Source: a virus (lineage: Duplodnaviria > Heunggongvirae > Uroviricota > Caudoviricetes). Taken from it: a stretch of 64,000 nucleotides of DNA. This document shows, piece by piece, positions 10,143 to 20,710 of the stretch. Positions within the stretch are counted from its first letter, which is position 1, and each line of letters opens with the position of its first letter. The stretch lies in the IMG/VR virus record IMGVR_UViG_3300042352_001190, positions 13,578-77,577 of that record; one strand, given 5' to 3'. A model generated the notes under the pieces. The model was not told the DNA's origin. It did no database searches and saw nothing but the letters and a program-made list of their open reading frames with translations. The translations under genes were made by a program, and so were the position numbers.

Positions 10143-10757
10143 ATGCCAACCGCTAATCGACTAGAACATCCACGTATTAAAGCATTCATCAAACATGTAA
10201 GATCTGAATGTAGGCGCACTGGAATCAAAGTCGAATTAAGACAAGTTAAATATTTAAAATTAGGCCAGGGTATGAAATGCTCTGGCTATTTTGATGAAGA
10301 AAACAGGAAACTTGTTGTAGCAATGCTAAATCCAGTATCAGTTGAAGTATTAGTTCATGAATTTGGTCACTTTACTCAATGGGATGAAAGGATTCCTATT
10401 TGGAAAGATGCGGGTTGGGCAATGGGTCATATTGAAGAGTGGTTAAATGGAAAAACCAAACGCAATATTGAAAAATGGATGGCCCTATCTAGAGATCTTG
10501 AATTGGACAATGAAAAACGTAGTGTTCAGTTAATAAAAGATTTCAATCTTCCAATTAATACTGAGAAATATACGAAAAGCGCTAATGCCTATGTACTTTT
10601 CTATAATTGGATGCTAACTTCAAGAAAATGGTGTAAACCTGGTAATACTCCTTATTCAAATAAGACTGTTCTTAATGCATGTTCTCCTAAATTTAATATG
10701 AGATACGATCAGCTCTCAGCAAGAATGAGACAAGCATTTGAAGAGTCAGGAATTTAA
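10143..10757 (+). CDS. HExxH zinc-metallopeptidase-like protein
   Basis: VLVHEFGHFTQWDE contains an HExxH plus a downstream E. Confidence 0.4.
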   Translation: MPTANRLEHPRIKAFIKHVRSECRRTGIKVELRQVKYLKLGQGMKCSGYFDEENRKLVVAMLNPVSVEVLVHEFGHFTQWDERIPIWKDAGWAMGHIEEWLNGKTKRNIEKWMALSRDLELDNEKRSVQLIKDFNLPINTEKYTKSANAYVLFYNWMLTSRKWCKPGNTPYSNKTVLNACSPKFNMRYDQLSARMRQAFEESGI

Positions 10758-10812
10758 AACCAAAATGCCCAAATTGGGTATAATATATCTACAAAACAAA
10801 AACAACAACACT

Positions 10813-10983
10813 ATGAAGAAGTACGCAATCGTAATGCTTTTAGTCGCTGCAGTAGGATTTACTGCATGTGGAAATGGTTCAACTGGCGCTGACGCCACTA
10901 CTGCTGACTCTACTAAGGTAGACTCAACTGTAGTCGCAACAGACTCAACTGCAACTGTAGACACAACTGCTGCTGTAAAGTAA
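10813..10983 (+). CDS. small Thr/Ala/Asp-rich lipoprotein
   Basis: MKKYAIVMLLVAAVGFTAC has a signal peptide and a lipobox Cys. Start moved to the internal ATG at 10813. Confidence 0.5.
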   Translation: MKKYAIVMLLVAAVGFTACGNGSTGADATTADSTKVDSTVVATDSTATVDTTAAVK

Positions 10984-11010
10984 TCAAGAGTTAATACACT
11001 CTGACTAAAA

Positions 11011-11040
11011 AGAGGAACTTTTTGTTCCTCTTTTTTTATT
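11011..11040 (+). terminator. rho-independent terminator
   Basis: agaggaac tttt tgttcctct hairpin followed by a T7 run. Confidence 0.7.
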
Positions 11041-11097
11041 TTCGTGGGCCTGGACCAAAGTTGTTTAGATAAATAATAAGAAATGGTCTAGATTTAA

Positions 11098-13029
11098 ATG
11101 AAACATTGGTTAAAAGCCGTTGTGCTTGCCGTGCTGGCATTCGCAGCAACTTCAACTTACGCCCAAACGGGTCCCCCAGCTCCCTCCTCTGGTGCTTGGG
11201 TAATTATTGACACCAACTATACAGTTGGATCATCGCTTATTGGTCAAACAAAAGCAAGAATTACTTACAAAAATAACACTTCAACCTTAGTAACAGGTCT
11301 TCAGTTTAGAGTATTCTACGACAAGACTGCGTTTATTGATGCATCGGTTGCTGCAGTTAACCCTGCTTCAAACGAAGTTTTAGCATTCAAAAAGGACACG
11401 GTTAACGGTCACATTACTATTTCACTAGTTTATACTGGTTCAAGTAGCACATGGACCCTAGCTGAGGGTGAAACATTTGAGATTACATTTACTCACGCAG
11501 CGAATACAACATTCCAAGCTCTATCTGCAATTTCAAACTTAACTTGGTCTGCAACTCCAGGATTTACATTTCCTCAATTGCTAGCTAAACAAGATGGTAC
11601 TGATGGTACACTGAGCCAACATAACTATGGTGGTATCTTCCTTCGTCCTTCTCTTAATTACCACGGTACCTTTACTAACGTAACTGGTTCTGGTTCAAAA
11701 GATATTATTGTTCAATTACAACAACGTCCAAAAACTGGAGGTACTTGGACAACTATTAAAATGGATACGACTAGTGTAGCTGGACAATTTGCTTTCAACA
11801 ATGTAGTTGTCGATACAACATTCTTTAATGCTCGCCTCTATGTTAAAGGTGATACCTTAACTGTAGGTAATACAATTTCAACAGCAGATGCTGCCAAAGT
11901 AAACCAATGGGTTTTAGGTCAAGCTGCTCCAACTGGATTTGAATACTATGCAGGTGACGTAAACTCAGATAACTCTATCTCAATTACAGATGCTTATGGT
12001 ATCTATGGTAGATTAGCTGGAAGATTCTCAGCATGGCCAAACAGTACAGCTGATGTTAAATTCTTCTCTGCATCTGAATATGCAACAATTAATGGTTCAA
12101 CTACAAACTACACTTCAACTATCCCAGGTGTAACTGAACTTACTTTCAATATTATTGCAGGTCAACCTGATTCTGTAACATTCTATGTATTAGGTAAAGG
12201 TGATGCTAATGGTACTGGTTTCCACATGGCACGTATGGTTCCAATTCAAATTGTTAACCCTAACAATGCGCCAAACCATATCATTGACGTAACTACTCAA
12301 TATGATAATGCTGCTCAATTAGAAACAGTTGAAATCAATATGCCAGAAATTACAGTTGATGCTGGAAATCTTTTAACAGTTCCAGTTAAAGTTGTATCAA
12401 ATGGTATTAATTTAGGAGCTTTACAATTAGCCCTAAAATACGATCCTCAACTTTTAGAGTTTAAATCAATCTCTGCGACTGAAGGTGTTGCACACTGGCT
12501 ATCTTTTGTAAACCCACAAGATGGAACAGTTGAATGGGGAGGAGCTGATTTTACAACAACTCATCCAATTGCAGATGGTCAAACTGCATTTAATTTACAA
12601 TTTTTAGCTCTTGTTCCAAAAAATCAATGGAACAAGAGTCCTCTTTATGTAACTCGTAAGTATGCCGGAATTAATACTACCCTTAGAGATTTAAATATAA
12701 CTCCAACTGATGGAATTATTCAAGTCCTAATTGTTAATCCAGGATGGGGAGTAGGTACGATTGAAAATGACTTAATGACAGTTAAGCTTGCGCCTAACCC
12801 AACTCAAGGTCATGTTGCAGTAACTTTCAATGTATTAGAAGATGCAATGGTTAACTTAACATTCAGGGATCAACTTGGAAATCCTGTTAAAACTTTAGTT
12901 AATCAATTTATGCCAGCTGGAACCTATACTTATAACACAGACTTAGGTAATTATGCAGGTGGAATTTATTATGCAATTCTACAAGCGGGAAAGAAAGTTG
13001 CATCAGCAAAAGAAATCGTTAACAAGTAA
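11098..13029 (+). CDS. secreted multidomain protein with cohesin-like and dockerin-like modules and a T9SS type-A C-terminal sorting domain
   Basis: Signal peptide present. A GDVNSDNSISITDAYGIYGRLAG dockerin-like repeat is present. The C-terminal ~80 aa (LAPNPTQGHVAVTF, VNLTFRDQLGNPVKTL, AGTYTY, GGIYYAIL, KKVASAKEIVNK) matches the Por secretion-tail consensus. A paralogous C-terminal block is shared with 16756..19059. Confidence 0.7.
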   Translation: MKHWLKAVVLAVLAFAATSTYAQTGPPAPSSGAWVIIDTNYTVGSSLIGQTKARITYKNNTSTLVTGLQFRVFYDKTAFIDASVAAVNPASNEVLAFKKDTVNGHITISLVYTGSSSTWTLAEGETFEITFTHAANTTFQALSAISNLTWSATPGFTFPQLLAKQDGTDGTLSQHNYGGIFLRPSLNYHGTFTNVTGSGSKDIIVQLQQRPKTGGTWTTIKMDTTSVAGQFAFNNVVVDTTFFNARLYVKGDTLTVGNTISTADAAKVNQWVLGQAAPTGFEYYAGDVNSDNSISITDAYGIYGRLAGRFSAWPNSTADVKFFSASEYATINGSTTNYTSTIPGVTELTFNIIAGQPDSVTFYVLGKGDANGTGFHMARMVPIQIVNPNNAPNHIIDVTTQYDNAAQLETVEINMPEITVDAGNLLTVPVKVVSNGINLGALQLALKYDPQLLEFKSISATEGVAHWLSFVNPQDGTVEWGGADFTTTHPIADGQTAFNLQFLALVPKNQWNKSPLYVTRKYAGINTTLRDLNITPTDGIIQVLIVNPGWGVGTIENDLMTVKLAPNPTQGHVAVTFNVLEDAMVNLTFRDQLGNPVKTLVNQFMPAGTYTYNTDLGNYAGGIYYAILQAGKKVASAKEIVNK

Positions 13030-13056
13030 TTAAATAATAAAAAACACATATTAACC

Positions 13057-13383
13057 ATGTCTGAAGAAACACAAAACGATGGCACTTGGTCTGGTCTTAA
13101 AAAGACTATTATTGGTACAATTTCAACTGCAGTTTTAGCAGGTGGAACCTATGTAACTACTACCCTTTTTGGTGGTGGAAATGATAAGGAAGAAACAAAA
13201 ACTGAACAAGCTGCACCTGCTGCTGCTCCAGTTGTAATCAACCTTGAAAACAATAATACAAACCAACAAAAACAATCTGGTGGTACTAACACTATTATCA
13301 AAGAGCGTGTTATTGAAAAACCTGCTGCAACTGAGCCAGCAAAGCCTAAGGCTGAACCTAAGAAAGAAGAAGAATCTTGGTAA
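13057..13383 (+). CDS. single-pass membrane protein
   Basis: TM segment IIGTISTAVLAGGTYVTTTLFGG, then a Pro/Ala/Lys-rich tail. Confidence 0.4.
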   Translation: MSEETQNDGTWSGLKKTIIGTISTAVLAGGTYVTTTLFGGGNDKEETKTEQAAPAAAPVVINLENNNTNQQKQSGGTNTIIKERVIEKPAATEPAKPKAEPKKEEESW

Positions 13384-13405
13384 TTAAAAAATAAAAAGAA
13401 ATACA

Positions 13406-13765
13406 ATGTCTATTAAAGAAACGGTTAAAAATGCTCTTGGCTTCGGCAAAGAGGAATTTGTAAAAGTAGATGATAAGAACAGATTCTATTATATGCTTCA
13501 ACAAATGCAAGCAAACAGATGGAGAATCACTGCAATTGTTTTAGGTTTATTCACCTTAATTATTGTAGGAATTAATGCTGGTGTATTTATGGGAGCTACT
13601 ATCGGTGAAGACTGGAAAGAAATGTTATTGATTCTTTTAGGTGCATTCGTTGGTAACCTTAATAAAGTAGTTGACTATTGGTTTAACTCTGAAGATCGCG
13701 ATAAAATGTTGATCCAAAAAGTTGACGAAGAAGATGGTCAATCTTTATCTAATACTGCAGAATAA
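13406..13765 (+). CDS. two-TM membrane protein
   Basis: Hydrophobic segments ITAIVLGLFTLIIVGINAGVFMGA and MLLILLGAFVGNL. Confidence 0.45.
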   Translation: MSIKETVKNALGFGKEEFVKVDDKNRFYYMLQQMQANRWRITAIVLGLFTLIIVGINAGVFMGATIGEDWKEMLLILLGAFVGNLNKVVDYWFNSEDRDKMLIQKVDEEDGQSLSNTAE

Positions 13766-13882
13766 AAAATTAAAAAAATCTATGAAAAAGGTCACTGCCT
13801 TTTTTGAGGAACATTGGACAATACTTTTAGTAGTAGCCGCTTGGTTTGGTACTATTGGATTTATTGCCTACAAATTTGGAAT

Positions 13883-14596
13883 ATGAAAAAGTTAATCGTA
13901 ATTTGCACCATGCTGTTATTGGCAGTGGGTGCTCAAGCTCAAACAATTGGTTCAACTAAAACTGAAACCTACCAGGCTGATTTTGAAAAGAAACAGTCAA
14001 TAAACCTTGTTGCAAATTACGATGATACTATTGTAATTCCTATTCAAGTATTAAAAATTGGTATTAACGAAGAGCTTTACGCAATGTACCCTGAATTAAA
14101 GGACAATCGCGTAGGACTTGGAGTTGCCAATATTGTTCTTGAATTTTTAGAATCAACTGACAGATTTAAATTCACTGAGGACAAGGAAGAGATTAAACAA
14201 AAAATGATTGCTCAACAAAAAGCGTCTGATAAGGGAATCTCAGCAAATACAATTCAAGTAAAAGGTAATGTTATTCTTGCCAAATACTTTGTTTATATCG
14301 AAGTTTATGACTTTGCAATCAGTGAAGACGAAGAAATTCAAGTATCTGGTGCTGAAGTTAAACAAAAAACTACAATCGGCCTTCAAGTAAGATTTGTAGA
14401 CGCTGAAACAGGCGAAATTATTACTGGCTCCGGTCTTGGCGAAGCCATTACTGTTAAGAAAGCAAGTCTATTGGATGGCGTTGATGAGGTTAAATTTAAT
14501 CAATCAACAATCGGTATATCGACTAAGAAATCCCTTGAGACTGCTGCTTCACGAGTTGTGAGCAAGTTGATCAAAAAGGGAGTATTTAGACGATGA
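13883..14596 (+). CDS. CsgG-like secretion channel family protein (curli-type)
   Basis: Signal peptide present. GVANIVLEFLESTDRFKFTEDKEEIKQKM resembles the CsgG block ATAMLVTALKDSRWFIPLERQGLQNLL. GLQVRFVDAETGEIITGS resembles LRVVNVSTGEILSS. The track ORF begins at a TTG at 13814; the ATG at 13883 starts the signal peptide. Confidence 0.55.
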   Translation: MKKLIVICTMLLLAVGAQAQTIGSTKTETYQADFEKKQSINLVANYDDTIVIPIQVLKIGINEELYAMYPELKDNRVGLGVANIVLEFLESTDRFKFTEDKEEIKQKMIAQQKASDKGISANTIQVKGNVILAKYFVYIEVYDFAISEDEEIQVSGAEVKQKTTIGLQVRFVDAETGEIITGSGLGEAITVKKASLLDGVDEVKFNQSTIGISTKKSLETAASRVVSKLIKKGVFRR

Positions 14597-16293
14597 GACA
14601 CCTAATCTTACTGTTATCTTTACTTGCCTTTTCAACTTTAGCTAAGGCACAAAGCTACATTTATCAATATGTAGATCCCTGTACAAAAAATCTTAAATTT
14701 GTATCAGTTCCACTTAATGGAGCAAGTATTGCTGTGACCTATTATGGTCAAGTTGGAACATTTAGTAATGCAGATTTTAGTAATGGTAATTTTATTTCAT
14801 GGCTAAATCAAACATCTGGCGCAAATGCTGGAAAACCTTGCGACCAAGCTACAACACAAGCTGTTACTTCAACTAATTTAATAGTTACAAATAATATTAT
14901 TTCAACCTTAACTAATATTACATCAGTTTCAATGATGGCATCAAGTCTTGCTTCCAATGTTGCAGGCGCTTCGAGTATGGTTGGAGGAAATCTTGGAAAT
15001 ACTGTTAATAATGGTTCAAGCGGAGATGGATCGGGTAATGGAGGCAGTTCAAGTAATAAAGAAGAGAAGAAAAATAATGGCGGAAATGGAAACAGCAGCA
15101 GCGGTAATAACAATAATTCTAATGGTTCCTCTAGTTCTAATGGGGGTAATCAGTCTGGTAGTTCAACTCAAGGAGGAAGCTCGTCGAACTCGTCAGGATC
15201 AGTAGGATCAACAAATAATCAAGGAAATGGATCATCTAATAATAACGGAGGAAATACAACAGGTTCTAGTGGAAATACTGGAAGCGGAAACACTGGATCA
15301 GGTTCAGGTTCTGGCCAAGGAGGTGGAAACCCTGCTTCAGGCTCGGGAGGAAGCGGCTCAGGTTCAGGTAGTTCAACTCAAGGAGGAGGTTCGTCGTCTC
15401 AGCCGCCTGTAGGTAATACAGGATCATCTGGCGGAACTGGAACTGGTGGTAATGGTAACACTAATGGAGGCGGAACGGGATCCTCTGGTGGAACAGGAAA
15501 CAACACAGAATCAGGCGGGTTAACTCAATCTAATTCAAGTGGCGGTAATGGAGGAACAACTAACTCTGTATCAAATGCAGCCGAAGCAACCTCAAGCGGA
15601 GGAAGTAGCGGAGGTTCTAGTAGTGGCGGAGGAAGTTCTAAAAATGGAGATAAAAACCGTGCAAGAACTGGAGCCTTAATTGGAACTGGAGATATTGTAG
15701 CGGTACGAAGCGCAGAAGAAGGAGAAAAGGATCAGTTTAAGTTTACTATGAGTATGACTAAATCTAATACTAAAAATACCTTTGCTAGAGGATTTTTAGG
15801 AAACTTTACTACTCAAATTAATAATTCAAACATTACATTCTACGGTGCGTGGACCTTACCTAAAAGTAAAACTACAATTATTGTTGCAAACTCTTCAATG
15901 GTAAATCCAGCTAGAGATTTCTTTAATACAACAACTCTACTTGGATCAAAGAGATTTACTAAATTATCCCTTATGGGTGGTTTAAACTTTACAGCGGGTT
16001 CTATTGGAGAAACTGGTTTCCAAAACCTATCAGCAGTTGGAGGTGGATTTTACATGTTTAATGCTGGTAAAAAAATAACAGGAACTCTCTTAGTACTTGG
16101 AGTTTATTCTCCATTTACTCAATTCTATGAAGGAAGTTGGTGGAGTTCAGGATTATTAGTAGTTCCATTTAGTTCATGGGATTATTCAGTTACAAAGAAA
16201 TTTAAATTTAACATAAGTTTCTCTGGAACTTATGAACTAAATAAAAATATGCTTAACTATCAGGTCTTAACTGGTGGTAAAGTTATGCTTTAA
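14593..16293 (+). CDS. secreted Gly/Ser/Asn-rich low-complexity protein with a structured C-terminal ~200-aa beta-rich domain
   Basis: Signal peptide MRHLILLLSLLAFSTLAKAQS, then ~230 aa of GS/GN low complexity, then alternating-hydrophobic strands. A 4-nt overlap with the CsgG-like gene indicates coupling. Confidence 0.5.
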   Translation: MRHLILLLSLLAFSTLAKAQSYIYQYVDPCTKNLKFVSVPLNGASIAVTYYGQVGTFSNADFSNGNFISWLNQTSGANAGKPCDQATTQAVTSTNLIVTNNIISTLTNITSVSMMASSLASNVAGASSMVGGNLGNTVNNGSSGDGSGNGGSSSNKEEKKNNGGNGNSSSGNNNNSNGSSSSNGGNQSGSSTQGGSSSNSSGSVGSTNNQGNGSSNNNGGNTTGSSGNTGSGNTGSGSGSGQGGGNPASGSGGSGSGSGSSTQGGGSSSQPPVGNTGSSGGTGTGGNGNTNGGGTGSSGGTGNNTESGGLTQSNSSGGNGGTTNSVSNAAEATSSGGSSGGSSSGGGSSKNGDKNRARTGALIGTGDIVAVRSAEEGEKDQFKFTMSMTKSNTKNTFARGFLGNFTTQINNSNITFYGAWTLPKSKTTIIVANSSMVNPARDFFNTTTLLGSKRFTKLSLMGGLNFTAGSIGETGFQNLSAVGGGFYMFNAGKKITGTLLVLGVYSPFTQFYEGSWWSSGLLVVPFSSWDYSVTKKFKFNISFSGTYELNKNMLNYQVLTGGKVML

Positions 16294-16306
16294 AAAATCA
16301 AATACT

Positions 16307-16753
16307 ATGAAAAAGTTATTATTAGTTTTATCAACACTTACTCTACTTTCTTTTACTGAACCTTGTTATAAAGTAACAAGCGTTATAGCAAGTGCCGATG
16401 CGCCTGATATGAAAAAAGAAAGAGTAATCTTTGGTATTAAACAATTAGCAGAAGAAATTGTTTCTGAAAAATATACAATTTGTAATGATGGTTCCCCAAT
16501 TACAGTTGATGTATTTTCAATTGAAGCGCCAACTACTGGAGTTTCAATAGGACCTTTTACTGCAATTAAGAAAGAAACTATTATTAAAGTTAAAATTACC
16601 AAAGATGGTAAAGAATATATTGGAGAAGGTACTGCTAAAACTACAGTTAAATCTACCCTAATTGAATTAAAGGATGAGAACCTTCCATTTGAAAAAACAA
16701 CTTTCGCTAGTGCTGTAAAGAAAAGTTTATTGGATGCAGTTAGCAAAATGTAA
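16307..16753 (+). CDS. small secreted protein, third gene of the CsgG-like operon
   Basis: Signal peptide MKKLLLVLSTLTLLSF; overlaps the upstream gene end. Confidence 0.45.
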   Translation: MKKLLLVLSTLTLLSFTEPCYKVTSVIASADAPDMKKERVIFGIKQLAEEIVSEKYTICNDGSPITVDVFSIEAPTTGVSIGPFTAIKKETIIKVKITKDGKEYIGEGTAKTTVKSTLIELKDENLPFEKTTFASAVKKSLLDAVSKM

Positions 16754-16755
16754 TT

Positions 16756-19059
16756 ATGTTTAAAAAACAACTCTACATATTATTAGGAATTGCCCTATTC
16801 TTAATTCCATCATTGGGTTTTGCACAAGCAACAACTGTTAATCTTGGAACAAGTAGTAGTGGGGTTGTCTCAGTTAGTTATAATACATGGACTAAAGTAG
16901 ATCCAAACGTGACAGTAACTGCAAATGGTACAATTACTGGATTTAGGGTTCAAGTATCTCAAGCCTATGCAAGTGGTGCAAGTGGAGATCAATTAAGATC
17001 TACTGTAACCCTTCCTAGTGGAGTAACAGTTTCAGCATTTAATACAACAACTGGAGTCTTAGTATTTAATGGTTCAACTACTGCGGCTAACTGGCAAACT
17101 ATTCTAAGGGGCGTTGAATTCAGATCGACTACTTCTACGTGTTATGCTCTACAAAGAAGAGTTACATTTGTCGCAGGTTCAGTATTCTATAATCCTTTAA
17201 CTGAACACTTCTATGAATATGTTTCGGGTTCAGCCTCATGGACAGGCGCTAAAACTTCAGCAGAAGGTCGATCTTATTTTGGTAGAGCTGGATATTTAGC
17301 AACAATGACGTCAGAAGCTGAAAATAACTTTGTTTGGAAATTAATGGCAAACGATGGTTGGTTTGGTGCAGCAGATGAGGTCGGTCTAGTTAATACTGCA
17401 AAGGGAACCACTGCATATGCTTCACAAGCGGCAGTTGAACAAAAATGGCACTGGATCACTGGACCTGAAAAGGGAACTCAATTTTCCAATGGAAGCACCG
17501 CTACAACTGGTCAATATGCAAAATGGGCAGGCGGCGAACCGAATAATTCAGGCGGCGAGCACTATGGCCAATTTTATTCGGGTAATAATGGTATGTGGAA
17601 TGATTTACCTAATACAAATTTACCAGGATATCTTTGTGAATATGGAGATATGCCAGGGGATATTACGTCAAGTACTACAATCCTAACACGTAATATTGAG
17701 ATTAGTGGAGCATCGAGCGGTTATATTTCAGGTGGAGATATTAATGTTTGTTCTGGTTCAAATAGCACAACCCTAACTCTTAACAGTTATACTGGAAGTA
17801 TTGTTAGATGGGAATCTTCATTTGATAACTTCTTTACTGCAGGTACCACAATTTCAAGCACCTCAGCAAGTATTACTGTTACAAACTTAACTAAAACAAC
17901 TTATTATAGAGCAATTGTAAACTCAACTAGTCCAACCACTTGTTCAAACCTATCAACATCTAGTGTTGCTCTATCAGTTAAACCAACTACAGCAGGTTCA
18001 ATCTTTGCAGTAAATAACTCGATTTGCGCTGGAGGTCAAGTTGAGCTAACTCTATCTGGTCAACAAGGTAATATTAATAAATGGCAAAGATCAACTGATA
18101 ATGTTAACTGGACAGATATTACAAATATTACTGCAAGTTTAAATCAAACGGTTAATACCGCCGGAACCTATTATTATAGAGTTCAAGTACAAACTCCAAA
18201 CTGTGGAGCTGCAGTTAACTCAGACGCTAAAACTATTACTGTTACATCAGGAACTCCACCGGTTGGAGGTTCAGTTTCATCAGCAGTCCATGCAACCTCA
18301 ACCAATTCAGGTTCCCTAACTCTTAGTGGTCATACTGGAACTATTATTAAATGGCAACGTTCCGCAAATGATGGAGTAACTTGGACAGATATTGTAAATA
18401 CCTCTACTACAAATTCATATTCAAACCAAACTGATGGTATTTTGTATAGAGCTCAACTACAAAATGGAACGTGTGGATTTGCCTACTCAACTGCAGGTAT
18501 GATTACAGTTGCACCATTTACCTATTCAGGAACAGTTTATAATTCAGAAGCAGCAGCTTTACCTGGAGCTGAAGTTAAATTATATTCTAAACTTAAATCA
18601 GATTCCAATTATTCTTTTCATAGCACGTCTACTACAAATTCAAGTGGAGTCTATTCATTTACAACTTCGCTAAGCGTAAACAAATACGATTTTAGAGTGG
18701 CAATAGAATCTATTACAGTTCCTAATCCAACTACAGCAGATGCTCAAGCATTTACAGAAAAGGTTCTAACTCAAACTTTTAATTCAAAAGATTATTATAG
18801 AGTTGATGCAAACAATAATAATACACTATCAATAACTGATGTGTTTCTTACATATGCTAAAGCAAATGCTAACTTATCAAATTGGCCTAACTCAACACCA
18901 ACTTATAGAATATTTTCAGCAACTCAATGGTCTACTATTAATAGTGGAACAACCAATGTAAAATCAACTTTACCTGGCCAAACGACCTTAGTTGTAGACA
19001 GCCTAGTTTCAGGCGGAACTACGAATTTCTATATTATAAGAACTGGAATTCGCCAGTAA
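16756..19059 (+). CDS. secreted protein with a C-type lectin domain, three ~100-aa tandem repeats and a dockerin-like C-terminal module
   Basis: WAGGEPNNSGGEHYGQFYSGNNGMWNDLPNTNLPGYLCEYG carries the EPN and WND motifs. Three repeats have the pattern GxIxKWQRSxD..WTDI...YYR. The C-terminal block LSITDVF...NWPNST..FSATQWSTIN...TNVKSTLPG is paralogous to 11098..13029. Confidence 0.7.
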   Translation: MFKKQLYILLGIALFLIPSLGFAQATTVNLGTSSSGVVSVSYNTWTKVDPNVTVTANGTITGFRVQVSQAYASGASGDQLRSTVTLPSGVTVSAFNTTTGVLVFNGSTTAANWQTILRGVEFRSTTSTCYALQRRVTFVAGSVFYNPLTEHFYEYVSGSASWTGAKTSAEGRSYFGRAGYLATMTSEAENNFVWKLMANDGWFGAADEVGLVNTAKGTTAYASQAAVEQKWHWITGPEKGTQFSNGSTATTGQYAKWAGGEPNNSGGEHYGQFYSGNNGMWNDLPNTNLPGYLCEYGDMPGDITSSTTILTRNIEISGASSGYISGGDINVCSGSNSTTLTLNSYTGSIVRWESSFDNFFTAGTTISSTSASITVTNLTKTTYYRAIVNSTSPTTCSNLSTSSVALSVKPTTAGSIFAVNNSICAGGQVELTLSGQQGNINKWQRSTDNVNWTDITNITASLNQTVNTAGTYYYRVQVQTPNCGAAVNSDAKTITVTSGTPPVGGSVSSAVHATSTNSGSLTLSGHTGTIIKWQRSANDGVTWTDIVNTSTTNSYSNQTDGILYRAQLQNGTCGFAYSTAGMITVAPFTYSGTVYNSEAAALPGAEVKLYSKLKSDSNYSFHSTSTTNSSGVYSFTTSLSVNKYDFRVAIESITVPNPTTADAQAFTEKVLTQTFNSKDYYRVDANNNNTLSITDVFLTYAKANANLSNWPNSTPTYRIFSATQWSTINSGTTNVKSTLPGQTTLVVDSLVSGGTTNFYIIRTGIRQ

Positions 19060-19075
19060 TCCAATTCCCATTTCA

Positions 19076-19086
19076 TAGTATAATAA
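19076..19086 (+). promoter_or_regulatory. TTAGTATAATA-type promoter-like motif
   Basis: catagtataataac lies 19 nt upstream of the 19105 ATG. Confidence 0.4.
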
Positions 19087-19104
19087 CTAAAATAATCAAT
19101 CGTA

Positions 19105-19332
19105 ATGATAGATTTAAAGGAAGTATCAATTGCGTGGTTTAGGTCATTTAATCCAACCCCAGAACAAAAAGCAATAGCAGATGAGCGCCTTGCTATTTGT
19201 GAAGCTTGCCCAGAAGCTAAAGTCAATCAATTAAATATTCACTATTGTGGTGCATGCGGTTGCCCACTTAACAAGAAAATTTTTACACCAAAAGGTCCAA
19301 GCGCTTGTCCTCAGCAAAAATGGCCAGTTTAA
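19105..19332 (+). CDS. small Cys-rich zinc-finger-like protein
   Basis: CEACPEAK ... YCGACGCPLNKK ... SACP. Confidence 0.4.
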   Translation: MIDLKEVSIAWFRSFNPTPEQKAIADERLAICEACPEAKVNQLNIHYCGACGCPLNKKIFTPKGPSACPQQKWPV

Positions 19333-19349
19333 TAGTATATTAGTTTCAA

Positions 19350-19577
19350 ATGGCAAAGTTAAACCTAAAGTTATTTAAAGAAACCATGGACGAGTTCAAA
19401 GACAAGATCGAAAACGATCCGTTTAAAGCTGGTGCAATTCTTCGTGATCAATATCCCGATGAAATTTCAGAAATGTTGGAATTGCTATTTTGGGCAAAGG
19501 GCGCTAGGGAAGTAACATTTAAAGTTTCCCAAGATTCTGATGACCTACTTAAAGTTGAAATCTTAAACCGAAAATAA
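19350..19577 (+). CDS. hypothetical protein
   Basis: ORF track. Confidence 0.4.
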   Translation: MAKLNLKLFKETMDEFKDKIENDPFKAGAILRDQYPDEISEMLELLFWAKGAREVTFKVSQDSDDLLKVEILNRK

Positions 19578-19578
19578 A

Positions 19579-19860
19579 ATGCCAGATTTTTACACAGAAA
19601 CAGAAATTGATATCGATCCATCAGAGTATTGGAGCGAATGTTCAAACAGAGAAAAAGAAGAATTAGCTGAGTTTGCAATTGAAGATGGTTATGCTCAAGC
19701 AAATCGACCAGTTTCACCATCCGATGTATTTGGTAGTTCAACCTATACCGAAAATGAATTAGGTAAATTGTTAATTGAAATTTGGGAAAGCCGTAATTGG
19801 TTTAGTATAAAAGAAATTGATGCACTACGCAATCAATTAAGAGAAGATAAAAAGATATGA
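19579..19860 (+). CDS. hypothetical protein
   Basis: ORF track; tightly packed with neighbours. Confidence 0.4.
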   Translation: MPDFYTETEIDIDPSEYWSECSNREKEELAEFAIEDGYAQANRPVSPSDVFGSSTYTENELGKLLIEIWESRNWFSIKEIDALRNQLREDKKI

Positions 19861-20309
19861 TTAGAATTTATTTAGATGATGTACGAACTCCAGTTGAAAC
19901 TGAATGGGTTGTAGTCAGAAATTACGAAGAGTTTATAAACCTAGTTAAAGAGACTGGGTTAGAGAATATTGAAGTAATTTCTCTCGATCACGACCTAGGC
20001 GATTCTGCTATGAGTGAGTATTTCAATAATGTAAGTCCTAATTATATTTTAGATTACACTCATATCAATGAGAAAACTGGATATGACTGTGCTAAATGGC
20101 TAGTTAACGAGTTTTACAATAAGAACCCAAAGTGGAGTGACTTATCAAGAGATGTAAAGAGAGGAAAACCTTTTCCATTTCCACTAGTCTATACTCACTC
20201 AGCCAATCCAATCGGTAGTGCCAATATCATGGGTTATATTAATAACTTCTTTATGAATGAGGCTCAAGCCCAAACCTGTGTACGAGTAAATATTGCTCAC
20301 ACAGCATAA
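19857..20309 (+). CDS. hypothetical protein
   Basis: ORF track; 4-nt overlap with the upstream gene. Confidence 0.45.
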   Translation: MIRIYLDDVRTPVETEWVVVRNYEEFINLVKETGLENIEVISLDHDLGDSAMSEYFNNVSPNYILDYTHINEKTGYDCAKWLVNEFYNKNPKWSDLSRDVKRGKPFPFPLVYTHSANPIGSANIMGYINNFFMNEAQAQTCVRVNIAHTA

Positions 20310-20323
20310 AATATTTTTAAATT

Positions 20324-20464
20324 ATGGGAATAATTACCGGAGTTGTGGTATGCGCAATATGTGCGGCTGTCATATACATTGCATTTAAACATGTATCATA
20401 TCATGAAAAAAATGATAGGAAGCTAGTTAAGTCAATAATAAAAAACAAAAAAAGTAAAAAATAA
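20324..20464 (+). CDS. possible 46-aa single-TM micropeptide
   Basis: MGIITGVVVCAICAAVIYIAF followed by a Lys-rich tail. Below the ORF-track cutoff. Confidence 0.25.
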   Translation: MGIITGVVVCAICAAVIYIAFKHVSYHEKNDRKLVKSIIKNKKSKK

Positions 20465-20665
20465 TATGCAAAGTATTAAAAACTTTTTGTATATTAGCAG
20501 ATATAAATAACTATACAAATAACAAAAGTGATGCAAACACAAATGAACCATATTATCGAGAATTGCTTTAGCCAAGTAGCGTATGCTAAGTGGACAGGCA
20601 ATGACCGTGACTTAGGGTTCAGGAGTTGATAGGTATTATAAAGTTAGTAGCTATGAAAACACTGA

Positions 20666-20699
20666 GCCCGAACCCAAAAAGTTCGGGTTTTTTATTTTT
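20666..20699 (+). terminator. rho-independent terminator
   Basis: cccgaac ccaaaaa gttcggg hairpin followed by a T run. Confidence 0.7.
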
Positions 20700-20710
20700 A
20701 TAGAGTTTGT